From positions 10,728,001-10,792,000 of the forward strand of contig NC_045697.1 of assembly GCF_009834535.1 (NCBI RefSeq): a stretch of DNA of 64,000 bases, written 5' to 3'. This stretch comes from Camelus ferus (lineage: Eukaryota). Made by a program: the position numbers and the translations under genes. The notes under the pieces are model-generated. The model worked only from the letters and a program-made list of their open reading frames with translations. It searched no databases and was not told the origin of the DNA. Positions 35,728 to 49,900 of the stretch are shown piece by piece (within the stretch, counting starts at the first letter, position 1; every line of letters begins with the position of its first letter).

Positions 35728-38700
35728 TATGTGTATGTATGCATCTTTACACACACAAGTGTGCGCGGCGCGCTGGGCTTCTTAACAGATGGTCAGTCCA
35801 GTTGCCCTGTCTCTGTCCTCAGCACAGTCACAGTCCTGTATCTGTCTCCTTGTTCTGCACAGGGGAGTGTCGTAGAAGACTGAGCACGGGCCACCTAAAA
35901 CTAGTGGTCTGTCCTTATTCCTCTCCTGTCACCAGGAATCCTCTCCCCGTTCACTGGGGGACTGCTAGTTGTACCCCAAAGGCAGGAAACGCAGACACCT
36001 GACGCCCCAGAAGGCACGTGGTGTGTGTGCACAAGCAGACAGCACGCTGGGAAGGAGAAGAAGCGGCTGTCTCTCCCATAGCCTCACACTGGGGATGAAC
36101 GCACCGTCCATTCATCCAGCATCTGCTAAGCTGTTAATATGGGTCAAGTGACATGCTCGGCCGGGCGGGCACAAGCCAGGCAGGACACCAGGACGGGGTT
36201 CCTGCCCTCAGCAAGCTTCTTCGGCTTTTCACAAAAAAAGACACCAGCATGTAGATAAAGGAGGTCCAGGCAGAGCTGGCTGCTGCTGTGACAGAACTAG
36301 GCTACAAGGAACAGGGGAGCCACAGGGAGGGAATGGCCAACCCAACTTGGGGAGATTTGGAAAAAGCTCCAAAGAAGAGGGAATTCTTAATGACATTTGA
36401 GATGAGGGCTACTGACATGTGCAGAGGGTGGGCTGGGCAGTGGAGAGGGTGGAGGAAGGGAAGGCAGCTTTCCAGGGGGAGGAAGCCTGAGCAGGAACAC
36501 AGGTGAGAAAAGTGACTGCGCAGACTGAAATTTCCTCTGAAAGAATAGACGTTTCTCTTAAAGAATATAGTTGCCTTTCTTAGGCTTAGAGGAATCTGTA
36601 TGAATAGTGTTTATGGTTTATAGTGAACAGCAGTAACAGAAGTCTAATGGGCCTTCCCCTCACATTTTAAACCAGCCCACAAACTCCGTGGGTAAACAAT
36701 AATCTCCCACTGCATGCTGACCATGGAGCGACCACCTGGAGCTGTCAATACACTAGAGCTTGACATTAAAATGGGAGAAAAGCAAGTGGCTGTGATCTAA
36801 AGAAACTTCAACTAGGCAGAAAGACAGCATCCATCTAGGAGAGAACACAACATACACAAGAAAAGCAGCAGAAATGCCTTGTAGGGTTAGAAACATAAAA
36901 AAGTGACTCAACTACTGTACCTATTGTTCAGATGTTGCACTTTTCCACAAAGCACAGCCTTCTTTTTAAATTGTTTACAAATGAAAATGAGAAAATTTCC
37001 TTAAAAAAGTAAACAAGATGTAATCCTGAAAACATTCATCCTCAAAGGAGGCAGAGAAAGCGGTGCTGGGCTGAGTGTGAGCCTGGTGCCCTGCTGCACA
37101 CTCCAGGGCATCGTGTTTTATTCACCTGGCCACCCAGAGCCTGAAGCAGCCGCGCCAAGAACGACCCCTGTGTTCTGTACACGGTGCTGACTGCTTACTA
37201 ATTAATCCCCCAATAGCTTTTGAGCTAGTGATTATCACCCCTGCCTGACACAGGAGGAAACCTCGACTCTGGAGGCTGAATGCTTGCCCGAGGCTGTGGG
37301 TCAAGTAAAGGAACTGGCAGTCACACCTGCCCCACCCAAGGCCCTACACGCTCTCCTTGACACAGTCTGAGCACAGTAAAAAGATCTGACTCCCTATTCT
37401 TACCAAGCATAGGAGTTAACATAGGAGTTAACAAAATTTTCTCTGTGCTAACTAGTCTTTTGCCAATTTGCCTAATGTCATAAAAAATGCAGATTTAAAA
37501 CGCATTTAAACTTACAAGAGGCATTAAAATTTCACATATACAGATTTATAGCTGGCTTTGAAAATAAGTCAATAAAATTAAAAGATTTGAGGATACATTG
37601 GTAACCAAAATAATGTATACTCTCACAACTTCAGTTAATTTGTACAGCATCTTGATAAAATAGGCAAGGACTACCTCCTTTTTAATTGGATCAAATAACC
37701 ATAACGTGTTCAAGCAATCTTAAGTAACATCCAATGGGAGTTTCCCTGAAATATACAATATGTGACAATAAGGTAATGAAATCAGCCTCATATATAACAC
37801 TCTCTGTTTCTCTTTCGAGAAATTTCAAAATTAATACAACGTGGTGACTAAAATCAAAGAAGCACGATGCTTTTGAAATATGCCTCCTTAAATCACGGGT
37901 GAACACCTGTCCTGTTAGATGACAGTCATGCCATGCACATCCTTGCCACACTCTTGTCCAATTTGCCCATTTCTCTCTGCTCGGGTGCTGCCTCTCCAGC
38001 CTCACCTCGCTTTCCCCATCCAGTAGAACATGGCATCTTACTTCACCTGCGTCTCACCTTCACGGGAGAAGGCTTTATAATGAGTATGTCATCTCTCTGA
38101 ACTGGCAGTTACACGAATAACAAAACACAGAAAACCAAAGCACAATCAACGTACTTCAAGAAGAAATTCTACACTGGAGTTTTTGGCCTTCACCTCTTAT
38201 CCATTCTGTGTATTTTTTCCAGGGATGAAAGACAAAAATGCTACACAAGGTCTTATGTGAAAACTTCCCAGAGCTAGCTCAGTCTTTGATTTGTCCCTCT
38301 TTCTTTCTCTTGACCACATGCTTATCGTACGCTCTACTGTTACAGGGAGACCTTGTGTGGAGGGGCTTCAGAAGCCTTTTACAGGTACCGGGCAGTACAG
38401 CCAGGCGCTGGCCAGGTGCTGTGTGCAGGGCTTCCGTCCATCCTCACCGCGCCCTGCCCCGACTCTGCGGTGAGACTCAGGAGCTGGCCCAGCTCATGCG
38501 CAGCAGAGGCAGGGTTGGACTTCAGTCTGCAGGAGACAAGGCTTTGAAACTGAAGCACTACTTCTACTAAAGACAACTGTCAATCAGCCTCAACCTTGCC
38601 AGTGGGTTTAGCCTTATGTATTAAAAAAAAAGAAAGAAAAACAAAGATTTAACCTAAGTTTTTAACATCTGAACTTCAATGTTAAAACTACAAAATGGCA

Positions 38701-41700
38701 ACAATTCTGTAACAGTTGGTCAACAAAACATCACACGCTAGTGAAAATTTCCACAACCAGCTCTTACCACATTCATCTCGAACCAACTACTATCACTCTT
38801 AATCAAATGAAAACTACTAGCCTCAAAAGACATAGACAAATGAAAATGCTGGCCTCTTTCTGCAGAGTGGAGCAAGGTTTCCTAACTTTTAAAAAAATGT
38901 TTACCCCTTTTGACAAAAATCTCCTGCCTTCCTTTTAATGCCATTTGAAATGTCAAAATGAATAAAGTGGTATGGCTAAAATTAAAGTACCATAGTGATT
39001 CCAGGCTATGTCTCTCTGAATTGCACAAAGTATCTCCTGGCAACTCTGAATCCGTCTCCACCACCATCACCAACAACTAGTGCCTGCCAGCCGAGCATGG
39101 CTGCTCTGGGGTGGAAGCTGGGAAGCAGGGGTCAAGTGGGAAGCATGTTCCCCTCCGTACAAGGCTCTGGGTCTACTGCTTCACTCGTCATGCTAACTCC
39201 ACACGGGGTACAAGGTCATTAAGAAGGACACCTTCCCCCGGGAGTTCAAATCTAGTGCACGGGACATAGACCCCAAAGTAAGGGCCAGAAGGCTAAGCAC
39301 GAGGGTGGGCACTGGGGAGTGTGCCTGGGGAAGGGAGGAACAGCGCTGGCAAAGATCTGCCAGGAGGAGACAGGGCGGGCACTAGATGCTGCCAGGCACA
39401 GCAAGGAGGAACAGCATGGCAAAGACAAGAGCGTGCGCAGGAGCAGTGTGAGCGGGAGGCCGCGGGGGTCAGCGGTCCCTTCAGTCAATCACTCAGGAGC
39501 ACAAATCCTCATCCTGGGTTCTAGAAGTTCTCAACAAACCCACATGCGGGGAGCCATCGTTAGAAGAATGTCAAGGCAAATGAGTTACTAATAAGGAAGT
39601 TTACAAATGCTTGATTCTGAAAGCAATTACTTCTTCAAGGTCAGCTCTATAACAAAATAATTTTTATTCACCTGAATTCAAAAATTCACACCCCAGGGAA
39701 GTCTCTACCCTAGGGGACGGGAGACAAAGGGATTACCGTAAGCCAGGTACCTTCACCATAAGCAAGGTCACAGAAACATACATAACCGCGGGAAACAAAG
39801 CCGTTTTGATAAAAAGCTTCGTAATAATCAACCTACACCTGACATATTTAACACGAGGAATCTGTTTCCTTGGAGGTAAATACATAAATTGAAGATTTTA
39901 ATTTGTAGAAAGACTATGTGCATGGAGAGGTCTTGAGATTTCTCTTACTTCTCTTATTTTTAATCCATGTTGAACACTGTTACACCCTAAGCACTTGACC
40001 CACATTAACTTATTCAACCTCACAACGACCCTGGAGGCCGAGGCCACTCCCTGGCCTTTTGCAAGGACACAGAGGTCTGCGATGCACGAGGCTGGTGTGC
40101 CCTGGGGACCCGACAGCACGTCTGAGAGGTCCTAGCAGCCGCGGCGGGCTTGGGGAGCTGTTGCGGGCTGTGATCAAACACCCTCCAGGCTGGGGTCTCC
40201 TGTTCTAGGGGCTGACGAGCAGCACCGCGGCTGGCTGAGTGTCAGCACAGACGACAGTTAAGGAGGAGAACACTAGTCTGAGTGAGAGATCACAGGGCCT
40301 GATGTGGCACAAGGGAGAGAGAGGAAGAGAGATTTAAGGCTGTTTCCAAAGCTAATGTGACAGAAATAAGTCACTTGATTCAGAAAGATGAACAAAGCAC
40401 CACAGTGCCAAGATCACACACTCTCCTACATAGATCAGGGAGCGGGGTGGAGGCCGGAAGTCTTCAGCTGGCTGCGCCAGAACTATCTGACGGGTCCTAC
40501 ATGCCCACAAGGGAGCAAGGCCAGCGCTGGGCCACTCCCCGCTCACCCCCAGGCCCCACTTCTGAAGGGGGCTGCTGGTGCTGCCGCCAAACCGGCCCTG
40601 CCCCCCGAGGAGAGGGAAGGAAGACAGCTGAAGGTTATGGAAGCTTCTGTCACCACCGCTACAAGCCAGGGGTGACAAGCCTCAGACGGGACGAGAAGAA
40701 CCCCAGCCACGGTTGCTGGGATGCTGAGAAGTGCAGCTCCCCATGGCTTTCCTGGGTCTCCTTAGCTGCAGGACTGAAAATCTGAGTCACAGTGTGGCAC
40801 AAACAAGAGCTGCATCACGAGAACAATATAGGGGAGTTAGTCCCCAAACATGTTTTCAGGAAACCATAAACTGAGCAGGATGCCCAAGAAACCACCACCA
40901 GAAACACAGATCTAAGTGCTCGCTCTTAGATTCACAATGAAATCCTGGGGTGTTTTACTGAAATAAAGAGGAAACGATGGCCACGACTACCTCTTTTTAA
41001 TACTCACTCATACCGAGAAGCAAAGCTGCTTCACATGATAGTTTGATTAGTTCATCATTCTGCAAGGAACTTTTTGAATGATTTTTCCCACGTGCTATCA
41101 CCCGATCTGACCCTCAAAAAAGCAGAACTAAGTTCCACCCCCAGGAGACGTGAGATGTCCCTTTCTGTGACTCTTCCCACAGTTCCCCCTTCCCCTGCTC
41201 CTTCTAGGCAAACTCAATCACAGGGCGGTGGACTAGCAACCCTCTTGAGATGACCCAGTCCAACCTCCGAATCTTAGATGAAGAAGGTCAAAGCCAAAGG
41301 AACGCCTCAGTCAGGCTGCTGGGCTTTTCCCTGAATACCTGGCATGAGAAGCTACGTCTGCGGAATCTCAACCCCAGACTCCCAAGTGGCAGGAGCCTCT
41401 CCCTTTCAGTCAGGACAACCGTCCATGCCCCAACACACTATTCCATACCTAGAGTGACACCTCAATCTTCAACCTGATGAATTTAAAACTTATAAAAATT
41501 TATTAGACTCTTAAGATAACTAAGTAGTTCTATTCAAGACTAAGTTGAATTCAATTAAAAAATACACAAAATAACTATAATGTACACAGCATGGTAACAA
41601 TGAAATAAAGGACTGCCGAAAAGCACAGAATTACAAGGTAAAGAAAAGTCAAAAATATACTTTCATTTTATTGCAACCTCTTAGGATAGGCAAGGTTACA

Positions 41701-42099
41701 TAAACATATGTAACCACAGAAAAGTAATTTTGATAAAAGTCTTCGTAATAATCACAACCTACATCTGACATGTATTTAACTCAAGGAATAAATTTCTTAA
41801 GAGGTAAAATAAATAACTCAGTGGATTTTAACCTGAAGGAAGACCACACACCTAGAGGGCTTGTGAGCTCCCCACACGTCTCTTCTCCCTCGCACACGCT
41901 GAGCACCGCTGTGCCCCGGGAGCAGAGCCTCGGGGTGGGTGCCCAGGTACCACCGTCAGTCTGCTCCTGCCTTTGCTGGAAAAGCATGACAGTCACTGTC
42001 CCAGTCCCCATGCAGCTGGGATGGCTGTGGAACTCCACTGGGCCAATGACACACAAGATGAAGGAAGCATGCTGAGACACTTTAAACTCTTTATAAAAG

Positions 42100-42400
42100 G
42101 GACAGTGGAAAAGGCGGCATGGTCATCTCCTCTTGTTTCTGATTATAATGCAGATGTAATGCCTGAGGTTGCAGCTGTCATCCTTCTATAAAAAGGCAGC
42201 AAGCAAGAGGACCAAAAGCCAATTTGCCAACCATGGAATGGTGAAGTAGAAAGATAAAAAGGACTTGAGTCCACACTGGCTTCATTAATCTGCTGGAACG
42301 ACTGAGACCTCCTTCCTCTAGACTCGTTAAAAAAAATTCTTAAAAGCCTTTTTGTTTAAGTCACTGTTAGGTATTCTGTTACATGCACAGCCAGAAGTAT
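42100..42400 (+). mobile_element. Old MLT1 (J/K-like) LTR fragment
   Basis: GCAGCTGTCATC...TTTGTTTAAGTCACTGTTAGGTATTCTGTTACATGCA 3' motif typical of old MLT1 LTRs. Confidence 0.55.
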
Positions 42401-42834
42401 GTTTCAGAAATAAATTTTAATTTCCTCCCAAAGTTAGTCTAAACTTTTTAGGCTAACCATTCAAAGTAGCTTGGATCCAGCCTATCCTTCCAGCATACCT
42501 GAACTTCCTTGTGTGTTCCTAATAATTTCCACCCCCTGCCCCTCTCTGATCTCCCTAGCATACCCAAGGGCTTATTTTGTACATGGTCCAGGGTAAATTG
42601 TTTGTATGGGGTCGAAATGTAATACACTAACATGTTTCCACTAACACATAGGTTAAAGGGAGCTCTGTCTGGACGTCTGTATGGGAATGCACGGTGGGGC
42701 AGGCAGAGGACGTAAAACTTTAAGACTACACGTATCTCAGGAGGCTGTGAACGGGATTTAATGTTAACTCATTTCAAGTGCTCAGACTTGTGTCTAGCAT
42801 TAATCTTTATTTGGTAAATACTATTTGTTTTATT

Positions 42835-43004
42835 TATTTTTAGTGTTTTTTTTAAATCATAACTTTTTTATTGAAATGTAGTCAATTTACAATGTTAGTT
42901 TTATGTTGTATAGCAAAGTGATTCAGCTATACATATACATATATATATTTTTTTTTCAGATTCTTTTCCATTACAGCTCATTACAAGAAATTGAATTTAG
43001 TTTC
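42835..43004 (-). mobile_element. Short L1 3'-tail insertion with 14-bp TSD CTATTTGTTTTATT
   Basis: TSD at 42821-42834 and 43005-43018; L1 3' UTR-like body with T-rich tail. Confidence 0.85.
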
Positions 43005-43689
43005 CTATTTGTTTTATTATTAACACAGAAATGGAAGCCAGAGGTGGAACATAACTGGCCAAGCCAAGTAGGGTATGGAGCAGTATAAATCACTCACCAG
43101 GAATCTCCTCTCCAGGAAACTGGTGATCCCTGCCTGGTTCCACCAAGCACCTGGTTAAAGTGACCATTGTCTGCCCTAACTGTAAGCTCCAGCCATGTGG
43201 CTGCTGAGGCCAGTCTTGAGGGCTTGGCAGAAAATGTCAGGGTGGTAGGGTGTGTTATCTCTATGGCCATCAGCTCATGAAAGAGATAAGCTTTACCCTA
43301 AGACAGCTGGCTAAAAGGAAGAAGAGAAGAAAATAGTTTATTCTCTAAAGGTTCTTTCTGCCTGAGGTCAGCAAAACCAAGAAGGCTGAGGGTCAGAAAA
43401 CCATGCCCCTCGCAGGGTTAGAAAAATCAAGTTTATTAGCAAGCAAAGCAGGAAGATTAAAAGTATAACGTAAGATCAAAGTGGGGCATGGGGGAACCTT
43501 GAAAACCAGTCCTCTCCCAATCACTTCCTGCTGTCCTTGGCCCAAGGCGACAGCTACCTCTACTGCAAGCAAGACCTCCTCTGGAATGCATCCTGAGGAC
43601 AAGAAACCTTTCAGATGTCCCTGTTCTCCCAGGGCAGGACACTCCAGAATTGCTGAAGCAAGGCTGGTAAAACACTTTAAAAACACTTA

Positions 43690-43830
43690 TATAAGGCTTA
43701 CCACATAATTAACATACAGGTGAGAAAACCGAGGCGCACGGACAGAAGTGAATTGGTCAAAACCTCAAGGAACTTGAGCCAAGATTCAAATCCAGGCAGC
43801 TCAGCTTTAGAATTCATGCCCTCAATCTCT
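43690..43830 (-). mobile_element. MIR SINE fragment
   Basis: ACAGGTGAGAAAACCGAGGC...GAGCCAAGATTCAAATCCAGGCAG. Confidence 0.65.
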
Positions 43831-46800
43831 CCGCTATCCTGGCTCTCAGTACAGGATGCACATAAAGTACAGTTCAGCCTTCTTGGCTGTATCAAAGACA
43901 AACACACAGTCCCTGAAAGGGACCACGTAAGCAGTTAGCAGATCCAGGACAAGAACCCAAAAGGTGTGTGTGCAGAAGGGAAAAGGGATTTGCAGAGAAA
44001 AAAAGAAATGCTGCCCCAAAGTCAACAAAATACTCCAAAATTTCATACCCTTACATTAGATTGAGAAGTTCAAATGTAAAGAAGTGTTAATAATTAGAAA
44101 TACTACTTTAAATATATGAGAAATTCATCTTTATTAAATGTCAAGTATAACGTGTTTATCCACTGACAATATTACACAAAAACCTTGGGATTTTTTTTTT
44201 TTTTTTACAATCATTAAACAGCTCTAGTAAGAGATACTGAGTTGACCTTTCTCTTGACTTCAAAGTATAAGCATTAATTACATGTTTTACCATATTTGCA
44301 ACCCCTGAACAAGCAAAGTACTCCTTAATTATCAAGTTTCTCTTCCCGAAAAGGTTAGGTGAAAATGCCATGCGTTTACCCAAAAGAAACAAGAACAACA
44401 ACAAAAGTGAGTGAGGCATTACATTTAGAGTAGACAACGTAAACACAAAGGAAACCAGGAAAAGTCAGTTAAGTTGCTATCATAACAGAAGCCTGAAGTG
44501 GACCCCCTCATATAAAATAAAGGCCATGGGGATGGCAGAGTGAATTCATGCTGTTAAGAGAGATATTTAAGCCTGGAATTAAACAGAAATCTAACTCTTT
44601 TTTCCTCTATGCTTCAGTGAGTCCTAGAAGAAAAAATTGCTCTAAACAGAAAAGGACAGCATTCTTTCATACATTCAAGCAATGAAACTCCTAAAGTGTT
44701 GTTCTAAGAGACTAAACCAAAATTTCCCAAATAGGACTAAAGCCAAAAGCCCCTCTCATGGGAAGCAGGATTAGAGAACAATCACAACTGTGCATAAGCA
44801 GTGTTCCTTCAGCTTTTCTGACAGGATGCATTTTACCCACATACAAATGAAACCAAAGTTCCAAGAAAAAACACTTACCCTTAGGACTGGCAATGAATGT
44901 AATCTGACACTTTTTCTATTCTTTAAAAAAGAAAAAAAAAAGCCTAATTGATTACAATTGACCATGCAGGTTACTCCCCCATCAGTGGTCCCACAATAGA
45001 CCACAGATAGAAAAACTGGTTTTTACTGAAGCCTCATCAAGACCCACAGGGATTTTCCCCAGAAGACATCTTAACACTCAGAATAAAACACACGAAATGC
45101 TTACAAATGTCTATAAGGAAGCTACCCAGAAACATGCTTATTTCAATGTTGCTAATAAAGAAAAGAGAAGGATATGTGTGTTGAACCTGCCTCTGAAGAG
45201 GTGACAAAATTCTGAGGGCTCATTTTCCTGTCACAGGTGGGCAGTACAAGAGGGAGGACGGACAACCACCTGCTTTGAGGCAGCCCCCTGGGTGTGTCCA
45301 TAAAGTCTGGCTGTGGATTGTGGGCAAATCCCCCTGTGCTCTCCCCAGAGGAAAATGGGAGTACACACCTGCTCAGACAGGTGCGAGAAAAAAACTTCCC
45401 TCATAGAGGCTGACACCAGGGGGTGAAAACTGCACTAGGCTGGCACTGCCCTGTCCGAGAGCCCAGCAGTGCCCTCTGCAGCATCCTCACACTTCCTGCC
45501 CGGGGCTTACCACTGGAAAAAGTGAGCTCGAAAAGCTGGTTGAAGTGTTTTAAGAAAGACACATGAATAACTTAATTTTCTGTTTTGTTTTGTTTTTTGC
45601 AAGCAGAAGAACACTGTCCCCGAGGCCCCTCCTGGACAAAATCTTAAAGCAACTCCAATGACAAAGATGCTGCTGCACTTGCAGAGGAGGGTCACCGGGA
45701 CGCCCCCCTCATCTCCAGCCCTGTCTGCTCCTCCACAGAACCCCAGAACTCCCTAGAAAAGCAGCAAGACAATAATAAAAGCACATTTAATGATCTTGAC
45801 CAAAGGCAACAAACTGTTTCACAGTCTCAAATGTCAGCTTGACCCCCAGCTCTCTAAATCCCACCTTAACACAGAACTTCCCAAAGCTTCCACAGGTACC
45901 ATGCCACCGAGAGCTCATTTCTCAAGCTGTCACTCCAAATCCGACTCTCTTCCTTCCACCAAACTGATGGACTGCCAGAAATAAAGAACATCAGCCAAAC
46001 CACCTGCATCCTTCTGCACATTGTCCACCGCACCTCCTGTTACGACAATGCACGGAGTGAGCAAACCAACACAGCTCCCTGAGAGCTGCTCCAATGGAGA
46101 GCATGATTCTAAGCAAGCGGCTGGAACATCACAAGTTTTACGTTACTATAAAAGTATGAAAACGTGCTGCAATATAGCTGCAGCTGAATTATTTCTTAAT
46201 TCTCTGCTTCTTATAAGGAATTTCAGAATTGTTCAGACTCGACTCTAGCGACAGAGGGAAGAGAGCCACCTTCCTGTCTGACAGGTCCTGATGCACCGAG
46301 ACGCAGTCGAGGGAGGACGGTGTGTAGCAGTTAGTGTCGCGGTTACTGTGCACATCCTGTGCCGTGATGTGTTCTGTGAGGAAGGTCAAGTGAATCTCCT
46401 TTTTTCTTTTTTTTCTGAAGAGACTGTCATTTAATGTTTCTGAATATGAGGGCTTTTTGAGAAACTGAAGTCTTAAAAAAACGGCTGAAATAATTTATAT
46501 CACGTTGAATGGAAAAACAAAAAAACCCTGATTCTAGTAAAACAAAATTGAAGAGAACTAAAGAAGTGAGTGGAGAGTAATTCCATGGAAAAAGTTATTT
46601 GGATGGGACACAAACGGAAATATGGTAAGTTTAATAAGTAGCAAAGTTACAAATCATTGGATGTTACACTAAAAATACACTTTTAAAAAACTCTTCCTGT
46701 ATGGGAATTCCTATCCCCCAATATATTTAATTACTTACGATCACATTATTTCCAATATTTTAAAAGCCAACTCAAGCTGTTCACAAATTTTTTTTTTATA

Positions 46801-46858
46801 GAATTAACATGTTGACATAACTTTCAAAATGACATCCAGTAATTTAAAAAAAAAGTAC

Positions 46859-46989
46859 CTTTTCCAATTCTCTTGGTATTCGCATACAAGTGTACACTCT
46901 TTCTCTTCTTTCTGTATACTTGGCCTCATTATGTTCAAGGAAGTACCCTCTGGTTAGTTCAGCACCGAGGAACCTCAACAATGAAAGCT
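46859..46989 (-). CDS. TAPT1: TAPT1 exon 2 (ELSLLRFLGAELTRGYFLEHNEAKYTERRERVYTCMRIPRELEK)
   Basis: Acceptor ttttcccatag|AG, donor AAG|gtactt; 131 nt. Confidence 0.96.
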
Positions 46990-49900
46990 CTATGGGAAAA
47001 AAAATGACACAAAACAAAAAGGACAGTGTTTATCAAGGAACTTACATGCTAGCTGGGGCCACAGGTAATACATACATATAACAACAGAATAAAACAAAGT
47101 CATCTGTAATTCTGTGCCCAAAAATGAACTGCACACAAACCATTAGCAAAGATTGTTGAGAAAAGCGCTGCTCTGTGTGATATAAACTGAAAATGTCACA
47201 GGAATGTAGAAGGGACAATTACCATGAGCCAGAACAGTCAGAAAAGGGTTTTGTGAGAGCCTAGTGCTGGGTCTCTGCAGGTGATACAGGACCTGGACTG
47301 ATGGAGAGATCAAGTAATGTTCAAGTAAAAACAGTACCTGTCAAGTATACATAAAATAAAGATATTCACACACACGCACACACAAAATCAAAAGGGAGCC
47401 AAGTCACCTAAAAGGCGTTGCTTCAGTCCAGGAACTATCCTGGGTGAACTACATGGATGCTGGTGCAAGTTCGTCCTTCTTCAGCTTCTGAGATCGTGCA
47501 AGTGTCTAAAGAATGCCGTTTCCCTAGGTGACGGCTTCCCAGCATGACGATGATCCTACGTCATACAGAGCAGACCCTCAACCCAGTCTGAAAGGCCTCC
47601 CTTTCCTTGGATTCATCCACCTGTTTCCTCCGTTTCTCTGATGTTCACCCACCGTCATCTTGTCTCAGATGAGGCAAGAAAGGTCAAGGAGGTTGAATAC
47701 TTTCCACCCGGCTGCATCTGGCAGACTTGAGATGAGAAGGTAAGGTTGTTAACGCCTAACCCCAATTATTCCCGACGTGTGGCACTCCCCCGATGGCCAT
47801 CACCTCCGTGGCCTCTCAGTACTCCTGACTCCACGTAATTCTTCCTACTCTCACTCTCTCTGAGGCCACACTCTCCTCCAGAACTCAGGATGCCAAGGGT
47901 TTCACACTGTCCTCTTTGCTATAAGTTGGCCTTGCGGTCCTTTTGCCAAATACAGTATTGGTGTTCCCTCCAAAAAATGACAGAGAAGAAGCTGATTTCC
48001 TTTATGACTATTGACCTAAGGAGTTCTGTTTTATGTGAGCGCTAGGATTTAAGGCGGCAGAGGTGGGGAAAAGAGTGTAGAGACAAAAATACACTTAGAA
48101 GCAGACCACTGTCCCCAGTGGGCCCAAAACGCTTGCTTCCGCCAGCGCTGGGACAGACCAACAGTTCTTTAAGGATCATGTGAAGTGGTTTGCTTGTGTA
48201 CAGAGGTTATAGCTTCTCCCCCAAATTACACATATACACACGTTTCTTTAAATACAAGATTCATAATCTATTTAGAGAGTTAGTGGTACCTTGAGAGCTA
48301 CGTGGAGCCTGAAACAGATGGAGAGGAAAGCGGACGTCCGCCCCCTCCAGCCCAGAGCAGGGGCAGGCCAAGTCGCCCAGGGCACCAGGGGCTCTCAGTG
48401 CATTCACTCAGGACACAGCTCTCTGAACTATCCCCTGCACTCTGAGCATGCCCCGTACACAAGATGTGAACGTTACTGCAGATACTAACAGATGTTCAGA
48501 TTAAAAGGCCTCAGTATAACCGAATCCGTGTAGAGTAAAACTTCTGGTTAGGAAACTTCTAATATGTTGCTGGCTGGCTATATCCAGAACACGATCTGCA
48601 TGTGAAGGAGAGAAAAAATCTTTTGAGCTGCAAACAAGAACAGCTATAACTAAAAAAAATGATCAAACAATTATACTCTTACTCAGCTCATTTTTCAAAT
48701 AGAAAGAAAGGGATGTTCCCATTACCTAAAATCTATAAATATCAATTCTTTCATGTAAAAATCGGGAAGCAAGATGACATCCAGAAAGCAGAAGAAACAC
48801 CAATTTTCACTGACGCCAGTGAGCTGAGTCATGAGCCCCAAAAGCCACTCCACCAGAACCCCGAGCAGCACCCACCCGGCGGTGGGGCCCCCACGGCCTG
48901 GCACCTCCCCCAGTGGCGTTCTGCTCTTTGACTCGCCTCTTCTCACCTAAGTCTCTCTGGCAGCTCCTCCTCCTCCACCTGACCCTTAAGTGTTTGCTGG
49001 CAGGTGCTCTATTCACTCCATCCTGTCAAAGCACAGGTTACCCTGAAACCCGCCAGCCCTTAAGGCCATATTCTCTGATGTGTTGTCAGCCACTTCCTCT
49101 TTCTTCTTTTCTTTTTTCCTATACATACTCTCCTTGGGCAGTCCAAGTTCAAAACCACCATCTAAATCCTAAAGTCACCCTACTTCAGCTCTGACTCCTG
49201 AGCCTGGACCCGTATTTCCAACTGCCCTGTGGGCAACTCCGTGAAATCCCAAAGGCACCTTTAATCTGCAAATCTAAACTCTGCATCTTCCCTCTTAGCC
49301 CTGCCCCTACCCCACCCCTACTGGCTCCTGCAGCCCTGACCAGCTCAGGGCTTCACCAGTGATACAGTTCCTCGGGCCAATTCTGATCATCCCCACCCCT
49401 CTCCCCAAGCCCTAATGACTCTTCCTCCAAACAGTTATGAACTCTGCCCTCTCGCTCTTCTCCACCTGCATTTGGTCCTCATCCTCTCTCTCCAGGTTAC
49501 TGCAAAGGCTTCCCGACTGGCATCTTTTTTCCAATCCTTCCTCCCCTCAGCCCTACTTGGCTTGGCTGCTGGTCAGCACGTTCACTGGTGGGCTATGGAA
49601 ACCATCAGGCAACTCCTGGTCACGTCCAGGTGAGGTCTGCACCTCAGCACTGGGGACACCAGACCCCTTCCCACTTGGCCCCGGGCTGTTGTTTCAAGAG
49701 AGCCTCACACCCGCCTCCCAGAACCTTGAGGTCATAATTCTCCAGTTACACCACTCTTCACTCCTTGCAGTTGGCTCACGCTGCTCGAGGCTCAAGATCC
49801 CTTCCCGTTTCCACCGGTGAACACACGCAGGCGTCCCCTGCTCTGTGGAGACCTCCCCACGTCCCCATCCTCTCCCCCACTCGGCCCCCACAGCACCTGC

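Noticed and set aside
37408..37433. 12-bp tandem duplication CATAGGAGTTAA x2 (a similar one at ~31262-31287)
   Set aside because: Ordinary slippage micro-duplication with no sign of function
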